Source: Octopus bimaculoides | Lineage: Eukaryota | Length of the DNA: 34,887 nucleotides | Assembly: GCF_001194135.2 (NCBI RefSeq) | Contig: NC_068999.1 | Location: 17,648,266-17,683,152 of the forward strand | Direction: 5' to 3' | Shown: piece by piece, positions 34,201 through 34,887 of the stretch | Position numbering within the stretch: position 1 is the stretch's first letter | Layout: each line of letters starts with the position of its first letter | Translations under genes and position numbers: made by a program | The notes under the pieces: generated by a model | The model's database searches: none | The model's input: only the letters and a program-made list of their open reading frames with translations | What the model was told of the DNA's origin: nothing

Positions 34201-34887
34201 CTTTATATATCGGTAATATATTTTATTTTAAAAACCAAGGGAAATAACCCATTCGCCTCTGAAAGAAATCTTTATATATCGCCAAAGGAAATAGCTCATT
34301 CGGTTTCCTACATTATTTGGCAAAAATGAAATTGAGTATGCTTATTTCTTAGTATTTGAAATGTAAGAATTATTTTGCCAATCTATCCAGTACAACCCTT
34401 AAACAAGTGAATAGTATTTTCCTAAACAATAGATCCACTTATTTCGGTTTGTAACATATTCACGAATATAGCAACACTAACGCCCCTGAGTGTAATACTC
34501 TCTGGGAACGCAAAAAGCCCATTTCAAACTTATTTACTTTGAATTGTTATCTCATATTTAATCTGTCTGTTATTACGTAACATGCTTCAAGATTTTAGTA
34601 TACATACCTTATCAATATTCCCATGCATACCTTATCAGTATTTTCATTTTCGGGGCTACTTTATTTGAATTATTACTATCGGGTTACTCATTTCATGTTA
34701 TTACATAACTTACTTCACGATTTGGGTATTCATAACTTATTGCGAATTCCTAAAAACAAGATCCTGTGTAAGACAGTTCGGTATTCTCTGCAAATGCACA
34801 TAAAGCATTTTAAGGGCTACATACTTTGTATTGGCGTTATTGGATTAGCGAAACAATTATGAGAACGGAACCAAAGGATAAGTCCGG

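Overview
This is not a prokaryotic window. It is AT-rich, microsatellite-dense, gapped (11 N-runs) eukaryotic draft DNA, intronic or intergenic in character. From memory, the repeat families resemble those of octopus/coleoid cephalopods (inference, not a database result). I recognise no intact protein-coding gene, rRNA, tRNA gene or CRISPR array; most ORF-track entries are artefacts of microsatellites or N-gaps. Supported content: (1) four decayed R4/Dong-clade non-LTR retrotransposon fragments plus one isolated 3' tip, mostly embedded in (AAT)n-type microsatellites; (2) a decayed ~1.16-kb mariner transposon on the minus strand with degenerate TIRs; (3) at least three SINE families, with about 12 copies in total; (4) three copies of an unclassified ~0.5-kb repeat, two of them inverted and one carrying microhomology-bounded deletions; (5) a ~719-bp-period repeat between two gaps whose minus strand carries two interleaved hammerhead-ribozyme-like folds. 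Item 5 is the most interesting signal. Each fold alone has a defect in the catalytic core, but their intact halves can be paired into one complete core in a non-standard topology. A few candidate small exons are listed at low confidence.
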